Shown: positions 36,692-46,160, counted from the first letter of the stretch. The stretch: 47,524 bases of DNA from Nitrosomonadales bacterium (GCA_016218475.1 JACREB010000061.1:1-47524); one strand, 5' to 3'. The notes: generated by a model not told the origin, from the letters alone. Made by a program: numbers and translations.

Positions 36692-37781
36692 TCAAATACC
36701 TCTCTATTTGAGTTCCTAAAATTCTCGCCAATGGTGGTGGTACTGAATTTGCGATTTGTCGATGTTGATCCAGGTTTCGGACAGTTCCAGTTCTCGATCG
36801 AATTGGCCCTTTTAAGTAATAGTCGTCAGGATAACCGTGTATCCTCATGCACTCTCTTGGGGTTAGATAGCGATTTTCAGTTGGATGAAAAAAAATCTCA
36901 CCACATCTCAAGGTGTTTGATGGGCGGCCACGATGAAGTCGCAAATACTTCGTCGTATCTTTAGGCGTTAATCCTCTGCATAGCTCTTCTCCAAGATGAA
37001 CTTGTGCAGCCAAATACGAGCCTTCAGGTACTTGGGCGATTCTCTCCCTATCCCGTTCTGGCGTAACATCAACATGACTGTCTTCGCAGTCGTAAACTGT
37101 CTGACCACGTACCTTTGGAGATGGCTTGCCTAAGCCATTTATTGCTGTTCCTATACCCACATAAGGCTCAAGCGCGAACAAACCGCCACATTCTTCAACT
37201 GGCGCATGTGTTCTTTCAGGAAACTGAAATCCATTTCGACCTCGTGTTGCAACAACGAATAACCGCTCACGAAGCTGAGGAATACCAAAATCAGCCGCCA
37301 TAATGACCCGCCATTTTGGGGTGTATCCGATATTTTCCAGTTTAGTTAGGAAGGTTTCAAATACTTCGCCTCGCCGATTATTTTCTCCTTTTGAGGAGAG
37401 CAATCCTTTTACCTGCTCAAGCAATATAACTTTGGGCTGAACTATTTCAGCAAATCTGATTATTTCAAATAAAAGTGGGCCGCGTTTATCGCACAAACCG
37501 AGTTGCTTCCCCGCCAATGAAAAGGATTGACAAGGTGGGCCACCAAACAGCAAATCCAATTCCCCAGCCTCTAAACCAATTTCAGACATCAGCACGCTAG
37601 GATTAATTGTTTTAATATCAGCATGAATCACTTTTGTTTTAGTGTTATCGCGTTCAACAGCGGCTTGAAGAGTTGCGGCGCAATGTTCATCAAATTCTAT
37701 TTCGGCAAGAACATTGAATCCGGCATTCCGAATACCAATATCCATGCCACCGGCACCCGAAAAAAGCGATATAGATTTCAT
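36675..37781 (-). CDS. dcm: DNA (cytosine-5) methyltransferase
   Basis: SLFSGAGG, GGPPCQSFS, PQLRER, R.LTPRECMRI.GYPD, QIANSVPP; AGGAG RBS. Confidence 0.92.
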   Translation of the reverse strand: MKSISLFSGAGGMDIGIRNAGFNVLAEIEFDEHCAATLQAAVERDNTKTKVIHADIKTINPSVLMSEIGLEAGELDLLFGGPPCQSFSLAGKQLGLCDKRGPLLFEIIRFAEIVQPKVILLEQVKGLLSSKGENNRRGEVFETFLTKLENIGYTPKWRVIMAADFGIPQLRERLFVVATRGRNGFQFPERTHAPVEECGGLFALEPYVGIGTAINGLGKPSPKVRGQTVYDCEDSHVDVTPERDRERIAQVPEGSYLAAQVHLGEELCRGLTPKDTTKYLRLHRGRPSNTLRCGEIFFHPTENRYLTPRECMRIHGYPDDYYLKGPIRSRTGTVRNLDQHRQIANSVPPPLARILGTQIERYLNEQDL

Positions 37782-37799
37782 TGTTCTCCTGAACAAATA

Positions 37800-39176
37800 T
37801 TATCGACCATGTGATGGTTCATTGTACATGCCTAAGGAGCTAAAGGGCTGCGCGCTTTTGCGCAGTCCCGCTCGAATACATCGTTGGTCATTTAATTTCC
37901 GGGTCGCTGTGACGATCCACACCGGGTTCTGTGCGGCAAGGCGGTGCATATCGAGTATCGGCTGGCTGCGCGCCGCTTGCAGTTGCACCACATCCCAATC
38001 CGCTCCCGCTGCCGCGAGTGTTCTGGTGGCGGTGGCAAGGTTTTCCAGAGTCACGAAGTTTATCACCAACCGCCCGCCCGGTTTGAGGCGCGACAGTGCC
38101 AATTGGATCAGCGTTGCGAGTTCGCCGCCCGAGCCGCCGATGAATACCGCATCTGGGTCGGGCCATGTGTCGAGTTGATCGGGCGCCTTGCCTTCGAGCA
38201 AGGTGTAGTTTGTGGCGCGCAAGCGCTTTGCGTTTTCGCGCGCGTTGGTGACATCTTCCGCATTTTTTTCGATCGCCCATACATGTCCGCGACGTGCGAT
38301 GCGCGCGGCTTCCAGCCCCACCGAACCGGAGCATGCGCCGATGTCCCATACGATGCTGTCTTCCGTCAAGCCAAGTTTGGCGATCGAAGCCGCACGCACT
38401 TCCAGTTTGGTGATAAGACCTTTCTCCGGTTGGCGCTGCGCATATTCTTCATCCGCAAACCCGAAAATGGCGCGGCGGGGTTGCGGTGCAATGCGTTCGA
38501 TCACCACGATATTTGGGGTGGCAAATTTGCATGCTGCCGCATCGGAAAGGGAAAGATTCGCACTGACTTCTTCGTCCGGCAACAGCAGGCGCGCAGCCAC
38601 CGACAGCCGCAGATCGTCGCCGTACCCAGCCGCCAGCAGCGCACGCGCAATGCGCTCGGGGCCATTCTCCGGGCTGGTGAACACCGCGAACAGATCATGT
38701 TCTGCAACGGCGCGCACCAGCGCATACAGACCATGTTGCGGCGTTGCGCCTGTTGCCCATTCGCCCGCATCCTTGCCATGCACCGAAATGATCTGCGCCT
38801 GCTGCCATGGCCGCCCGAGGCGGGCGAAGGCAAGCTGCACCGTGGAAATGGCGGGCAGTATTTCAATGCTGGCTGCGCCAATCTTGTCGAGCAGCAGGCT
38901 GGCAATGCCGTGGCACAGCGGATCGCCGGTGGCAAGCACCGCAACCTGCTGGCCTTCGGACAGCGCCGCAGTTATCCATTCCGGCACGCGCAGCAACGCG
39001 CCGTCCATGTCATGTCGTTTAGCCTGTGCTGCGAGATGCGGCGCAACCAGTTCCAGCGTACGCCCCGCACCGATCACACAGGACGCTGTGGCAAGTTTCA
39101 TACGAGCAATTTCCGGCAGCCCGATCCAGCCATCGTCCAGAATGCCAATGATCGAGCAGGGTTTAGCCAAGATCAT
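37800..39176 (-). CDS. cbiE: Bifunctional CbiE/CbiT (CobL-type) C5/C15-methyltransferase
   Basis: ATGDPLCHGI, SVHG, ITKLEVRA, WDIGACSGSVG, DAVFIGGSGG, NPVWIV. Confidence 0.9.
   Translation of the reverse strand: MILAKPCSIIGILDDGWIGLPEIARMKLATASCVIGAGRTLELVAPHLAAQAKRHDMDGALLRVPEWITAALSEGQQVAVLATGDPLCHGIASLLLDKIGAASIEILPAISTVQLAFARLGRPWQQAQIISVHGKDAGEWATGATPQHGLYALVRAVAEHDLFAVFTSPENGPERIARALLAAGYGDDLRLSVAARLLLPDEEVSANLSLSDAAACKFATPNIVVIERIAPQPRRAIFGFADEEYAQRQPEKGLITKLEVRAASIAKLGLTEDSIVWDIGACSGSVGLEAARIARRGHVWAIEKNAEDVTNARENAKRLRATNYTLLEGKAPDQLDTWPDPDAVFIGGSGGELATLIQLALSRLKPGGRLVINFVTLENLATATRTLAAAGADWDVVQLQAARSQPILDMHRLAAQNPVWIVTATRKLNDQRCIRAGLRKSAQPFSSLGMYNEPSHGR
37830..37889 (-). mobile_element. 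Degenerate attC-like site upstream of the MTase
   Basis: Minus strand: GACCAAC-N5-ATTCGAGC-GGGACTGCGCAAAAGCGCGCAGCC-CTTTAGC-TCC-TTAGGC; 28 bp identical to 35526-35553. Confidence 0.6.
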
Positions 39177-40305
39177 TTTCTTCCACGGTAACGATGGGCT
39201 GGCCCCCGAAATCGCAAGCAAGCACGGTGAGCCGGTGCGATCCCGGATAAGCCGCGCGCAAGGTGCGCAGCGTGCGCTGCGCCAATGCGCGATGGAAGGC
39301 GGCGGCAAGCCCCATCTGCTCCAGTTTCTCCGCGGCAAAGCGCGCGGTTTCCGCACTGCGGATTTCTTCCACCAGCCCGGCGGGAGCACCCGCTTCGGCG
39401 GCGACTTCCGCGATTAGGTCGCGATCCACTTCCTTGCGCCACGCATGGGTGACCGGCAACCCCTGCGCGATCTTGGTGAGCTTGCCCACCATGGCGCCGA
39501 CGATGATGCGTTCCATTTCATGTTTCAGCGCGGCCTGGAAAGCGGCTCTGGCGAAGTCACCCATCTGCACGAAACAGGCTTCGTCGAGTTCCGGGAAAAC
39601 CCGCATCGCACATTTCTCGGTGCGCCCGCCGGTGGTGAACACCACGCTCTTCTGCCCTTGGGCTGCGGCCACTTGCACCGCCTGCACCACACTCGCGCGG
39701 AACGCCGCAGTGGAATAAGGCCGCACGATGCCGGTGGTGCCCAAGATGGAAATTCCGCCGATGATGCCGAGCCGCGCATTGAGCGTCTTCTTCGCCATCT
39801 CTTCGCCGCCCGGCACCGAGATGGTCACTTTCAGCCCGTCGCCCGCCGCCAGTATCGGCGCGCCTGCCGCCTGCACGTTTTCGATGATGTTGCGACGGGG
39901 TGCCGGATTGATCGCAGGGCCACCCACTTCGAGGCCCAAACCGGGCTTGGTCACGATGCCCACGCCCGCTCCGCCCTGCAAGGTCACGCCGCTGCCGCCG
40001 GGAATGCGGCGCACATCGGCGGTGAGATGCGCGCCGTTGGTCGCATCGGGGTCGTCGCCCGCATCCTTGATGCTCACCGCATGCGCCCGCATGCCATCCA
40101 CATTGCCTTCGGTGATGCTGAACGCAACGCGCTGCGTATTGGGCAGCAGGCACTCCACTTGATCCGGCACGCTGCCCCGCACCAGCCCCAGCGTGGCGGC
40201 CGTAGCCGCAGCGGCGGCGTTGGCTCCGGTGGTAAAACCGGTGCGGTTGCCGCGCCGACGCTTGCCATCGCCTTTGCGCACCTTACCGGTTGCGGCAGGA
40301 CTCAT
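39163..40305 (-). CDS. cbiD: Cobalt-precorrin-5B C1-methyltransferase
   Basis: RTGFTTGANAAAAA, KDAGDDPDAT, AINPAPR, TLNARLGIIGGISILGTTGIVRPYS. Confidence 0.95.
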   Translation of the reverse strand: MSPAATGKVRKGDGKRRRGNRTGFTTGANAAAAATAATLGLVRGSVPDQVECLLPNTQRVAFSITEGNVDGMRAHAVSIKDAGDDPDATNGAHLTADVRRIPGGSGVTLQGGAGVGIVTKPGLGLEVGGPAINPAPRRNIIENVQAAGAPILAAGDGLKVTISVPGGEEMAKKTLNARLGIIGGISILGTTGIVRPYSTAAFRASVVQAVQVAAAQGQKSVVFTTGGRTEKCAMRVFPELDEACFVQMGDFARAAFQAALKHEMERIIVGAMVGKLTKIAQGLPVTHAWRKEVDRDLIAEVAAEAGAPAGLVEEIRSAETARFAAEKLEQMGLAAAFHRALAQRTLRTLRAAYPGSHRLTVLACDFGGQPIVTVEENDLG

Positions 40306-40309
40306 GGTG

Positions 40310-40987
40310 TCAGGCGGCCTGTGCTTCGCGCTGATGTGTTTCGGCCAGCGACAGGAAGGCGTGCAATGCGGCCACCACCAGAGTCGAACCGCCTTTCCTG
40401 CCCTCTGTGATGATCCACGGCACATCCTGCTGCGCGGCCAGCAGCGTCTTGGATTCGGCGGCGGAGACAAAGCCCACCGGCATGCCGATCACCAGCGCGG
40501 GTTTCGCCCCTTCCTCGCGGATCAGGCGTACCACTTCGATCAGCGCGGTGGGCGCATTGCCGATGCCGACGATGGAGCCATCGAGCAGCCCTGAGCGATG
40601 GGCTTTGCGCATCGCCTGCACGGCGCGTGTGCTGTTTTCTTCCTTGGCCTGCGCGATCACATCGACATCGGAAATGAATTGCCGCACGGCCAGGCCAAAG
40701 TGTTTGAGGCGAATGGGGGAGAGGCCGACGCTGATCATTTCTACATCGGCCACGATGGCCGTATTGCCGCGCAGCACGGCATCGAATCCGGCGCGCATCG
40801 CGTCGGGATGGAAGCGCGCCAAGCCGTTGAACTCGAAGTCGGCGGTGGCGTGGATCATGCGCCGCACCAGCGGCCATTGCTCGCCGGTGTAAACGTGATG
40901 CGCGACTTCGCGGTCGATGATGTCGAAGGAACCGTGCTCGATGGCGGCTCCGGCGGCGGTGAGTTGTTCGGTAACGCGATTGCTCAT
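40310..40987 (-). CDS. cbiC: Precorrin-8X methylmutase (CbiC/CobH)
   Basis: RMIHATADF, IGNAPTAL, GMPVGFVSAAESK, GRKGGS. Confidence 0.95.
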   Translation of the reverse strand: MSNRVTEQLTAAGAAIEHGSFDIIDREVAHHVYTGEQWPLVRRMIHATADFEFNGLARFHPDAMRAGFDAVLRGNTAIVADVEMISVGLSPIRLKHFGLAVRQFISDVDVIAQAKEENSTRAVQAMRKAHRSGLLDGSIVGIGNAPTALIEVVRLIREEGAKPALVIGMPVGFVSAAESKTLLAAQQDVPWIITEGRKGGSTLVVAALHAFLSLAETHQREAQAA

Positions 40988-40996
40988 GATATATCC

Positions 40997-41869
40997 TCAG
41001 TTTGAATGCGCGTGATCGTGCGCGTGGTTATGGTCGTGGTGGTGGTTGTGCGCCGCAGCGAGGCGGTATTTGCAGCCGTCGCATTCCAGCATTCCGGTTA
41101 GTTTGCCATGGTCGCGTACGCGCGCATCGGCAATCGCATAGATGCCCTCGTCGAAGCCGAAGTATCCGCCCAGCGCGAAGGCGATGTGCGGATAGCTCTG
41201 GCGCAGGCGCGCGGTTTGCTGCCCGATGCGCTCGATCAGCACGCCGGTAAAAAGGTAAACCGGCTGGATCACGATCTGCGTCATGCCGAGCTTCACTTGC
41301 CGCTGCACCACGGTTTCCAGGCGCGGCAAAGTGATCCCGGTGAAAGCGATGTCCACCAGGTCATGCTGCATGCCCTCGAACAGCCAGCGCGCCATCCTGG
41401 CGATCTCGCCGTTGGCGCCCGCATCCGACGAGCCGCGCCCGAGCAGAATGATGCCGGTGGTGCGCGGATCAGGCACTGCCAGATCACGCAGCAGGCGCTC
41501 GATTCGCTGCCGGAGTATGTCGTGGATTTCGCGCCCCATGCCGAGGTGCGGCACGCGGACAAATTCGACGCCGGGGTGGCGCGCACGCGCGGCATCGACC
41601 GCTTCCGGTATATCCATCTTGACGTGGCCTGCCGCATTGATAATCAGCGGAACAGCAATCACTTGCTTGCTGTTGGCGGCGGCGCGATCCAGCCCTTCAT
41701 GCATCAGCATATCGGCATGTTCGATGAAACATACCTCGATGCGCCAGCCCGGATGATGCGTGCGCCAGGTACCGGCAAAGCGCAGGATTTCCTCGTTGCC
41801 CGCAGTTTTGCGCGAACCGTGGCCGATCAATAAAATTGTTGTATTCATGTCAATAGAATCTGTATTCAC
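40997..41869 (-). CDS. cbiX: Sirohydrochlorin cobaltochelatase, long CbiX form
   Basis: GHGSR, AGHVKMDIP, GRGSSD..AN; C-terminal MLECDGC and His-rich tail (alternative start 41848). Confidence 0.9.
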   Translation of the reverse strand: MNTDSIDMNTTILLIGHGSRKTAGNEEILRFAGTWRTHHPGWRIEVCFIEHADMLMHEGLDRAAANSKQVIAVPLIINAAGHVKMDIPEAVDAARARHPGVEFVRVPHLGMGREIHDILRQRIERLLRDLAVPDPRTTGIILLGRGSSDAGANGEIARMARWLFEGMQHDLVDIAFTGITLPRLETVVQRQVKLGMTQIVIQPVYLFTGVLIERIGQQTARLRQSYPHIAFALGGYFGFDEGIYAIADARVRDHGKLTGMLECDGCKYRLAAAHNHHHDHNHAHDHAHSN

Positions 41870-42651
41870 AGGGCACCCTCCTGCACGCTACGAAAGCGAT
41901 GTGAAAACCCCGGATCATAAAGCTTGGAATGCGCGACTTCCTTCCAATGGCGCGCCCCCAAGGCGGGGCTGGCGATGATCATCGCCTGCGAGCCGATTTT
42001 TTCTTCCTGGCAGCGGCGCTTGATGTCGGCCAGCGTGCCGCGCACAATTTTTTCTTCTCCCGGCCAACTTGCTTTTTGCACCACCACGATAGGCGCATCT
42101 TCCGCCCAACCGGCGGCGCGCAGTGCGCGCTGAACCTCGTGCAACAGGGTGATCGACAAATAGATGCACAGCGTGCTGCGATGCGCGGCCAAAGATTCCA
42201 GGTCTTCGCCGGGCGGCATCGGCGTACGGCCTTCCACGCGTGTGAGTATCACGGTCTGCGTGACCTCAGGCAGCGTCAGCGTCTCGCATGCGGCGGCGGC
42301 GGAAGCCATCGCCGAGGATACGCCGGGCACCACCGCCCATGCCACGCCCGCCGCATCCAGCGCGCGCCCCATCTCGGCCAGCGCGCCATACAGGGTGGGG
42401 TCGCCGGTTTGAAGCCGCACCACATCGATGCCGCGCGCAACCTGTTCGATCAACCATGCTGCGATTTCCTCCAGTGTCATGTCGCTGGAATCCCGCACGA
42501 TGCAGCCTGCGGGCGCATAGCGCGTCGCAGCCCGGTCGACCAGCGAACCGGCGTACAGGATCGCACCCGCCGATTCGATCAAGCGACGGCCCTTCACAGT
42601 CAGCAGGTCGGGGTCACCCGGACCCGCACCAACGAACCAGACTTTACCCAC
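41866..42651 (-). CDS. cobM: Precorrin-4 C11-methyltransferase (CbiF/CobM)
   Basis: VGAGPGDPDLLT, YAGSLV, RLQTGDP, LTLPEVTQTVILTR, SKLYDP.FSH. Confidence 0.95.
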   Translation of the reverse strand: MGKVWFVGAGPGDPDLLTVKGRRLIESAGAILYAGSLVDRAATRYAPAGCIVRDSSDMTLEEIAAWLIEQVARGIDVVRLQTGDPTLYGALAEMGRALDAAGVAWAVVPGVSSAMASAAAACETLTLPEVTQTVILTRVEGRTPMPPGEDLESLAAHRSTLCIYLSITLLHEVQRALRAAGWAEDAPIVVVQKASWPGEEKIVRGTLADIKRRCQEEKIGSQAMIIASPALGARHWKEVAHSKLYDPGFSHRFRSVQEGAL

Positions 42652-43300
42652 TTATCGCCAGCTTGAGCGGCTTTACCGCAAAGCAAATTTCGACGATCTT
42701 GTTGCCTTCATGGCGCTTGAGCAGGCGCAGCGCGGCGTAAGTCAGCGGCGGTTCGCAGGCGACAATCACCAGATAGGATGCAGCAAAAGTCGCCCAGGCG
42801 GACAAGGGGGTCGCCACATTGCTCATCGCCAGCCAGAAGCCCACCATCGCGGTGACGCCGCTGTAATACATCGCATCCAGCTTGAGAATGTTTTTCCAGG
42901 TGATGACGCCATCCTGTTCGCGCAGCTTGCGGCCCAGCGTGTAATGCACGGCGATCAGCGGCAAAATCAGCGACAGGCTGTTCACTGCCAGGTGCGGCAA
43001 ATCCAGCGGCTCGAACAACACGCCTTGCAGCAGCAGGCCAAGGGCGAAGCCGAATAAAGTAGGAATAAAACCCAGCGTGAGATAAATAACCATCGCCCCG
43101 ACGAAGTGCAGTTCAGACGGCCCCACCTGAACGTGGAAGCTCTGCATGAACAGCGAGAAGAACACCGCCGCCAACAACATGCGGACGAGGTCTGCCGGGT
43201 GTTTGATCAAATCTTTTGCGTAGGTGGTCAACAGGCCGACCGCGCCTAAATTGGCGGCCATGACCTTGGCTTGAGCGATGATTCCGGGTTCGATATGCAT
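42644..43300 (-). CDS. cbiM: CbiM-family ECF cobalt transporter S component
   Basis: N-terminal MHIEPG; GPSELH; multi-TM; GGAG RBS. Confidence 0.85.
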   Translation of the reverse strand: MHIEPGIIAQAKVMAANLGAVGLLTTYAKDLIKHPADLVRMLLAAVFFSLFMQSFHVQVGPSELHFVGAMVIYLTLGFIPTLFGFALGLLLQGVLFEPLDLPHLAVNSLSLILPLIAVHYTLGRKLREQDGVITWKNILKLDAMYYSGVTAMVGFWLAMSNVATPLSAWATFAASYLVIVACEPPLTYAALRLLKRHEGNKIVEICFAVKPLKLAISG

Positions 43301-43334
43301 GGTGTTCTCCTTTGGTTAGTGAAGCGACGATGAG

Positions 43335-44627
43335 TTACGGGGTGAAAAAATGTGCGGCAGCTGCCAGGTTTGAGGGCAGGTAATGATGCAAATAAGAGGC
43401 GTGCAGCTTACCCTTGCGATACACGGCTTCCGGCTTGCCGCGAGTTCGCGCCGGGGTGGTCATGGCGACGGGCTCGCACGTTGTCCGCATCGCGGAGTGA
43501 TGGAAAGTGTGTCCGCGGAATTCACCTTCCGGCAGAGACACGCTGTGCATGCCGAGGTTGGACAGTTTTTTCTGCATTGCCGCGTGACCCGGCAACACGC
43601 CCGCCATATCGGCCCGATTGCCTTGGGCATCGGTCAAGGTTTCCAGCAGATAGAGCATTCCGCCGCATTCGGCAAATATGGGTTTATCGGCCGCATGATG
43701 CGAGCGAATCGCGTCGCGCATTGCCGCGTTGGCTTGCAGTTGTTGCAGGTGCAGTTCCGGGTAGCCGCCGGGCAGATACAGGCTGTCCGCTTCGGGCAGA
43801 AGCGCATCGGCCAGCGGAGAGAAAAATTCAAGCTCTGCGCCCAGGGCGCGCAACGCATCGAGGTTGGCGCGATACAAAAATGAAAAGGCCGCATCCCTGG
43901 CCACCGCGATCCTGATGCCTGCAAGTTTGCGTTGCGGCGCCGCGGCATTGGCAGGTGCAAATGCGATGGGTTCAGGCAAGGCTACACAGGTTTGTTCGGA
44001 CAGTTTGTTCGCGGCATGAGCGATGCGCTGGTCGAGGTCGGCAATCTCCTGCGCCTGCACCAGCCCGAGATGGCGATCCGGCAGGCTCAATTCGGCATCG
44101 CGCGGCAGGGTGGCGAAGTGGCGAACGCCGGGAGGCATGCCCTCTCTGAGCATGTCGGCATGATTGGGGCTCGCGACGCGATTGGCCAGCGCACCGAAAA
44201 AATTGATGTCGCTCCGGTAATTGGCAAGGCCGTAGACGATGGCACCAAAGGTCTGCGCCATCGCGCTGGCGTCGATGACCGCCAGCACCGGAATGCCGAA
44301 CAACGCGGCCAGATCGGCGCTGGAGGGGGTGCCGTCGAACAGCCCCATCACGCCTTCTACAATAATTAAATCGGCTTCCGTAGCGGCTTGATAGAGCAGT
44401 TCGCGGCAATGATCCTCGCCGCCCATCCATAAATCGAGCTGATAAACCGGATGACCTGAGGCACGTTCCAGAATCATCGGGTCGAGAAAATCCGGCCCGG
44501 TCTTGAACACGCGCACGACCCGGCCCTGTCCGCGATGGTAGCGCGCCAACGCCGCCGTCACGGTGGTCTTGCCCTGGCCGGAAGCGGGAGCGGCAATCAT
44601 CAGCGCAGGGCAGGATACGGTATTCAT
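43335..44627 (-). CDS. cbiA: Cobyrinate a,c-diamide synthase (CbiA/CobB)
   Basis: SGQGKTT, FKTGPDFLDP, EGVMGLFDG, RHLGLV, GGYPEL, AECGGM. Confidence 0.95.
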   Translation of the reverse strand: MNTVSCPALMIAAPASGQGKTTVTAALARYHRGQGRVVRVFKTGPDFLDPMILERASGHPVYQLDLWMGGEDHCRELLYQAATEADLIIVEGVMGLFDGTPSSADLAALFGIPVLAVIDASAMAQTFGAIVYGLANYRSDINFFGALANRVASPNHADMLREGMPPGVRHFATLPRDAELSLPDRHLGLVQAQEIADLDQRIAHAANKLSEQTCVALPEPIAFAPANAAAPQRKLAGIRIAVARDAAFSFLYRANLDALRALGAELEFFSPLADALLPEADSLYLPGGYPELHLQQLQANAAMRDAIRSHHAADKPIFAECGGMLYLLETLTDAQGNRADMAGVLPGHAAMQKKLSNLGMHSVSLPEGEFRGHTFHHSAMRTTCEPVAMTTPARTRGKPEAVYRKGKLHASYLHHYLPSNLAAAAHFFTP

Positions 44628-44830
44628 AAAGACCTCTGCAAAGCGTTATGAGCGCAGGTCAGCCGAGGAGAAAAGAGGCGAAAAACCGGAATGTATAGAC
44701 TAATACATGAGGATTTTGAGCCGCTTTTCGACATCGGATCACCAAGCGCATAACCAATGACTTGGTTGGCGTAGTTTGCCAACTTAGTCAGATGGCTAGT
44801 AGTTTCATCAATAGCTATGCAGAGGTCTTT
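44628..44830. mobile_element. MITE with 13-bp terminal inverted repeats filling the cobO-cbiA gap, with a nested 60-bp family B element (44750-44809)
   Basis: AAAGACCTCTGCA / TGCAGAGGTCTTT; internal segment related to 47439-47478. Confidence 0.7.
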
Positions 44831-45432
44831 CACAGCTCGACCCCTTTTTGCGCCTGTATCCCGGCCTCGAATGCATGCTTGATCGGGCGCATTTCGGTGA
44901 CGGTGTCGGCGTAGGCGATCAGCGCATCCGGGGCGGCGCGTCCGGTCAGTACCACATGCTGCATGGGCGGGCGGGCGCGCAACGCCCCGATTACCTGCCC
45001 GGCTTGCAGGTAATGCAGCTTCAGCGCGATATTGACTTCGTCCAGCACCACCAGGCCCATATCCGGGTTGCGCAACATGCCGCACGCGACATTCCATGCG
45101 GCTTGCGCCGAGGCGATATCGCGCTCCCTGTCCTGCGTCTCCCAGGTGAAACCGTCGCCCATCACGTGATATTCGACTTCGGGAAAGCGGCGGAAAAATG
45201 TTTCTTCGCCGGTGGAGAAACTGCCCTTGATAAACTGCACCACGCCGACACGCATGTTATGCCCGAGGGCGCGGGCGATCATGCCGAATGCCGCAGTGCT
45301 CTTGCCCTTGCCGTTGCCGGTATGCACCAGCACTACGCCGCGGCTCTCGGTGGCACGGGCGATCTTCGCATCCACCACTTCCTTGTGGCGTTGTGTGCGG
45401 GCGCGGTGACGCTCATCGACAGGCATGGGCAT
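44830..45432 (-). CDS. cobO: Cob(I)alamin adenosyltransferase (CobO/BtuR)
   Basis: TGNGKGKSTAAFG, VVQFIKG, GFTWETQ, VLDE, TGR, KHAF..GI.AQKGVE; start uncertain (45426-45441). Confidence 0.95.
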   Translation of the reverse strand: MPMPVDERHRARTQRHKEVVDAKIARATESRGVVLVHTGNGKGKSTAAFGMIARALGHNMRVGVVQFIKGSFSTGEETFFRRFPEVEYHVMGDGFTWETQDRERDIASAQAAWNVACGMLRNPDMGLVVLDEVNIALKLHYLQAGQVIGALRARPPMQHVVLTGRAAPDALIAYADTVTEMRPIKHAFEAGIQAQKGVEL

Positions 45433-45614
45433 ACAGCGCACTAAGCGGTGCGGCAGGCAATTTGCATTCCATTTGAAATATTCCTGAAAATTTCCAAGCG
45501 TCCCCGTTGGAAGATTAAATTCAGGAAATGCTGTGGGGGAGTAAAACAGAAGTTGAACGGTTTTATGCTGTTCATTTTCCGATGCGCCACCCGCAGCATC
45601 TCCTGTAACCTTTG

Positions 45615-45830
45615 CTCCGTGGCCGGTCTCCGGGCTCGCGAGTCTTGATTTGCCGCCTTCCCATTAAAATCCCCCTTCCCATATATCCTTGGGGGGATTA
45701 CTCACAGTGGCCTACTGGCAAATCCGCACTCGCTTACCGTTGCGGGGGCAGCACAGGCATCGGGTCGATACTCCCTCACCTGTTTCCCGTTTAACCCGTC
45801 TGCAAGCAGACGAGAACCTCAAAGCGGCGC
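45615..45830 (-). ncRNA. Cobalamin riboswitch
   Basis: Minus strand: AGGTT...TTAAACGGGAAACAGGTG...CCTGTGCTGCCCCCGCAACGGTAA...GCCACTG...GGGAAGGC...GAGCCCGGAGACCGGCC (B12 box), upstream of the cob operon. Confidence 0.9.
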
Positions 45831-45923
45831 GTACTTTAACACAGGTGCGTAGCACCCGCCAAAAATCATGCGCGCCAAAAACACTTAAAATTACAAATCG
45901 CTTTCAAAACCCATGCTTACCAT

Positions 45924-45953
45924 TTGACTTATCAGCACTTTTTAAATTATAGT
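45924..45953 (+). promoter_or_regulatory. Putative sigma70 promoter for zapB-zapA-ssrS
   Basis: TTGACT-18 nt-TATAGT. Confidence 0.4.
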
Positions 45954-45959
45954 CACCTT

Positions 45960-46160
45960 ATGGAAAGCGAATTGAACGCTCTGGAAAACAAACTTGCGCA
46001 ACTGATACAAGTCAGCGGCAAGTTGCGTGCGGAGAACCGTCAACTGCGCCAGGATTTGGCGCACACGCTCAGCAGTAACAGGCAATGCAGCGACAAGGTG
46101 GAAATCGCAAAGGCGCGTCTGGAAAAGTTGCTGGCTTCCCTCCCGGAAGATCAAACATGA
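45960..46160 (+). CDS. ZapB-like coiled-coil protein (TIGR02449 type)
   Basis: LE.KL.QLI...LRAEN..LRQ...AKARLEKLL; directly precedes zapA. Confidence 0.8.
   Translation: MESELNALENKLAQLIQVSGKLRAENRQLRQDLAHTLSSNRQCSDKVEIAKARLEKLLASLPEDQT

Noticed and set aside
44624-45097. 157-aa minus-strand ORF spanning cobO and the MITE
   Set aside because: An alternative frame of cobO running into repeat DNA, with no protein-family signal
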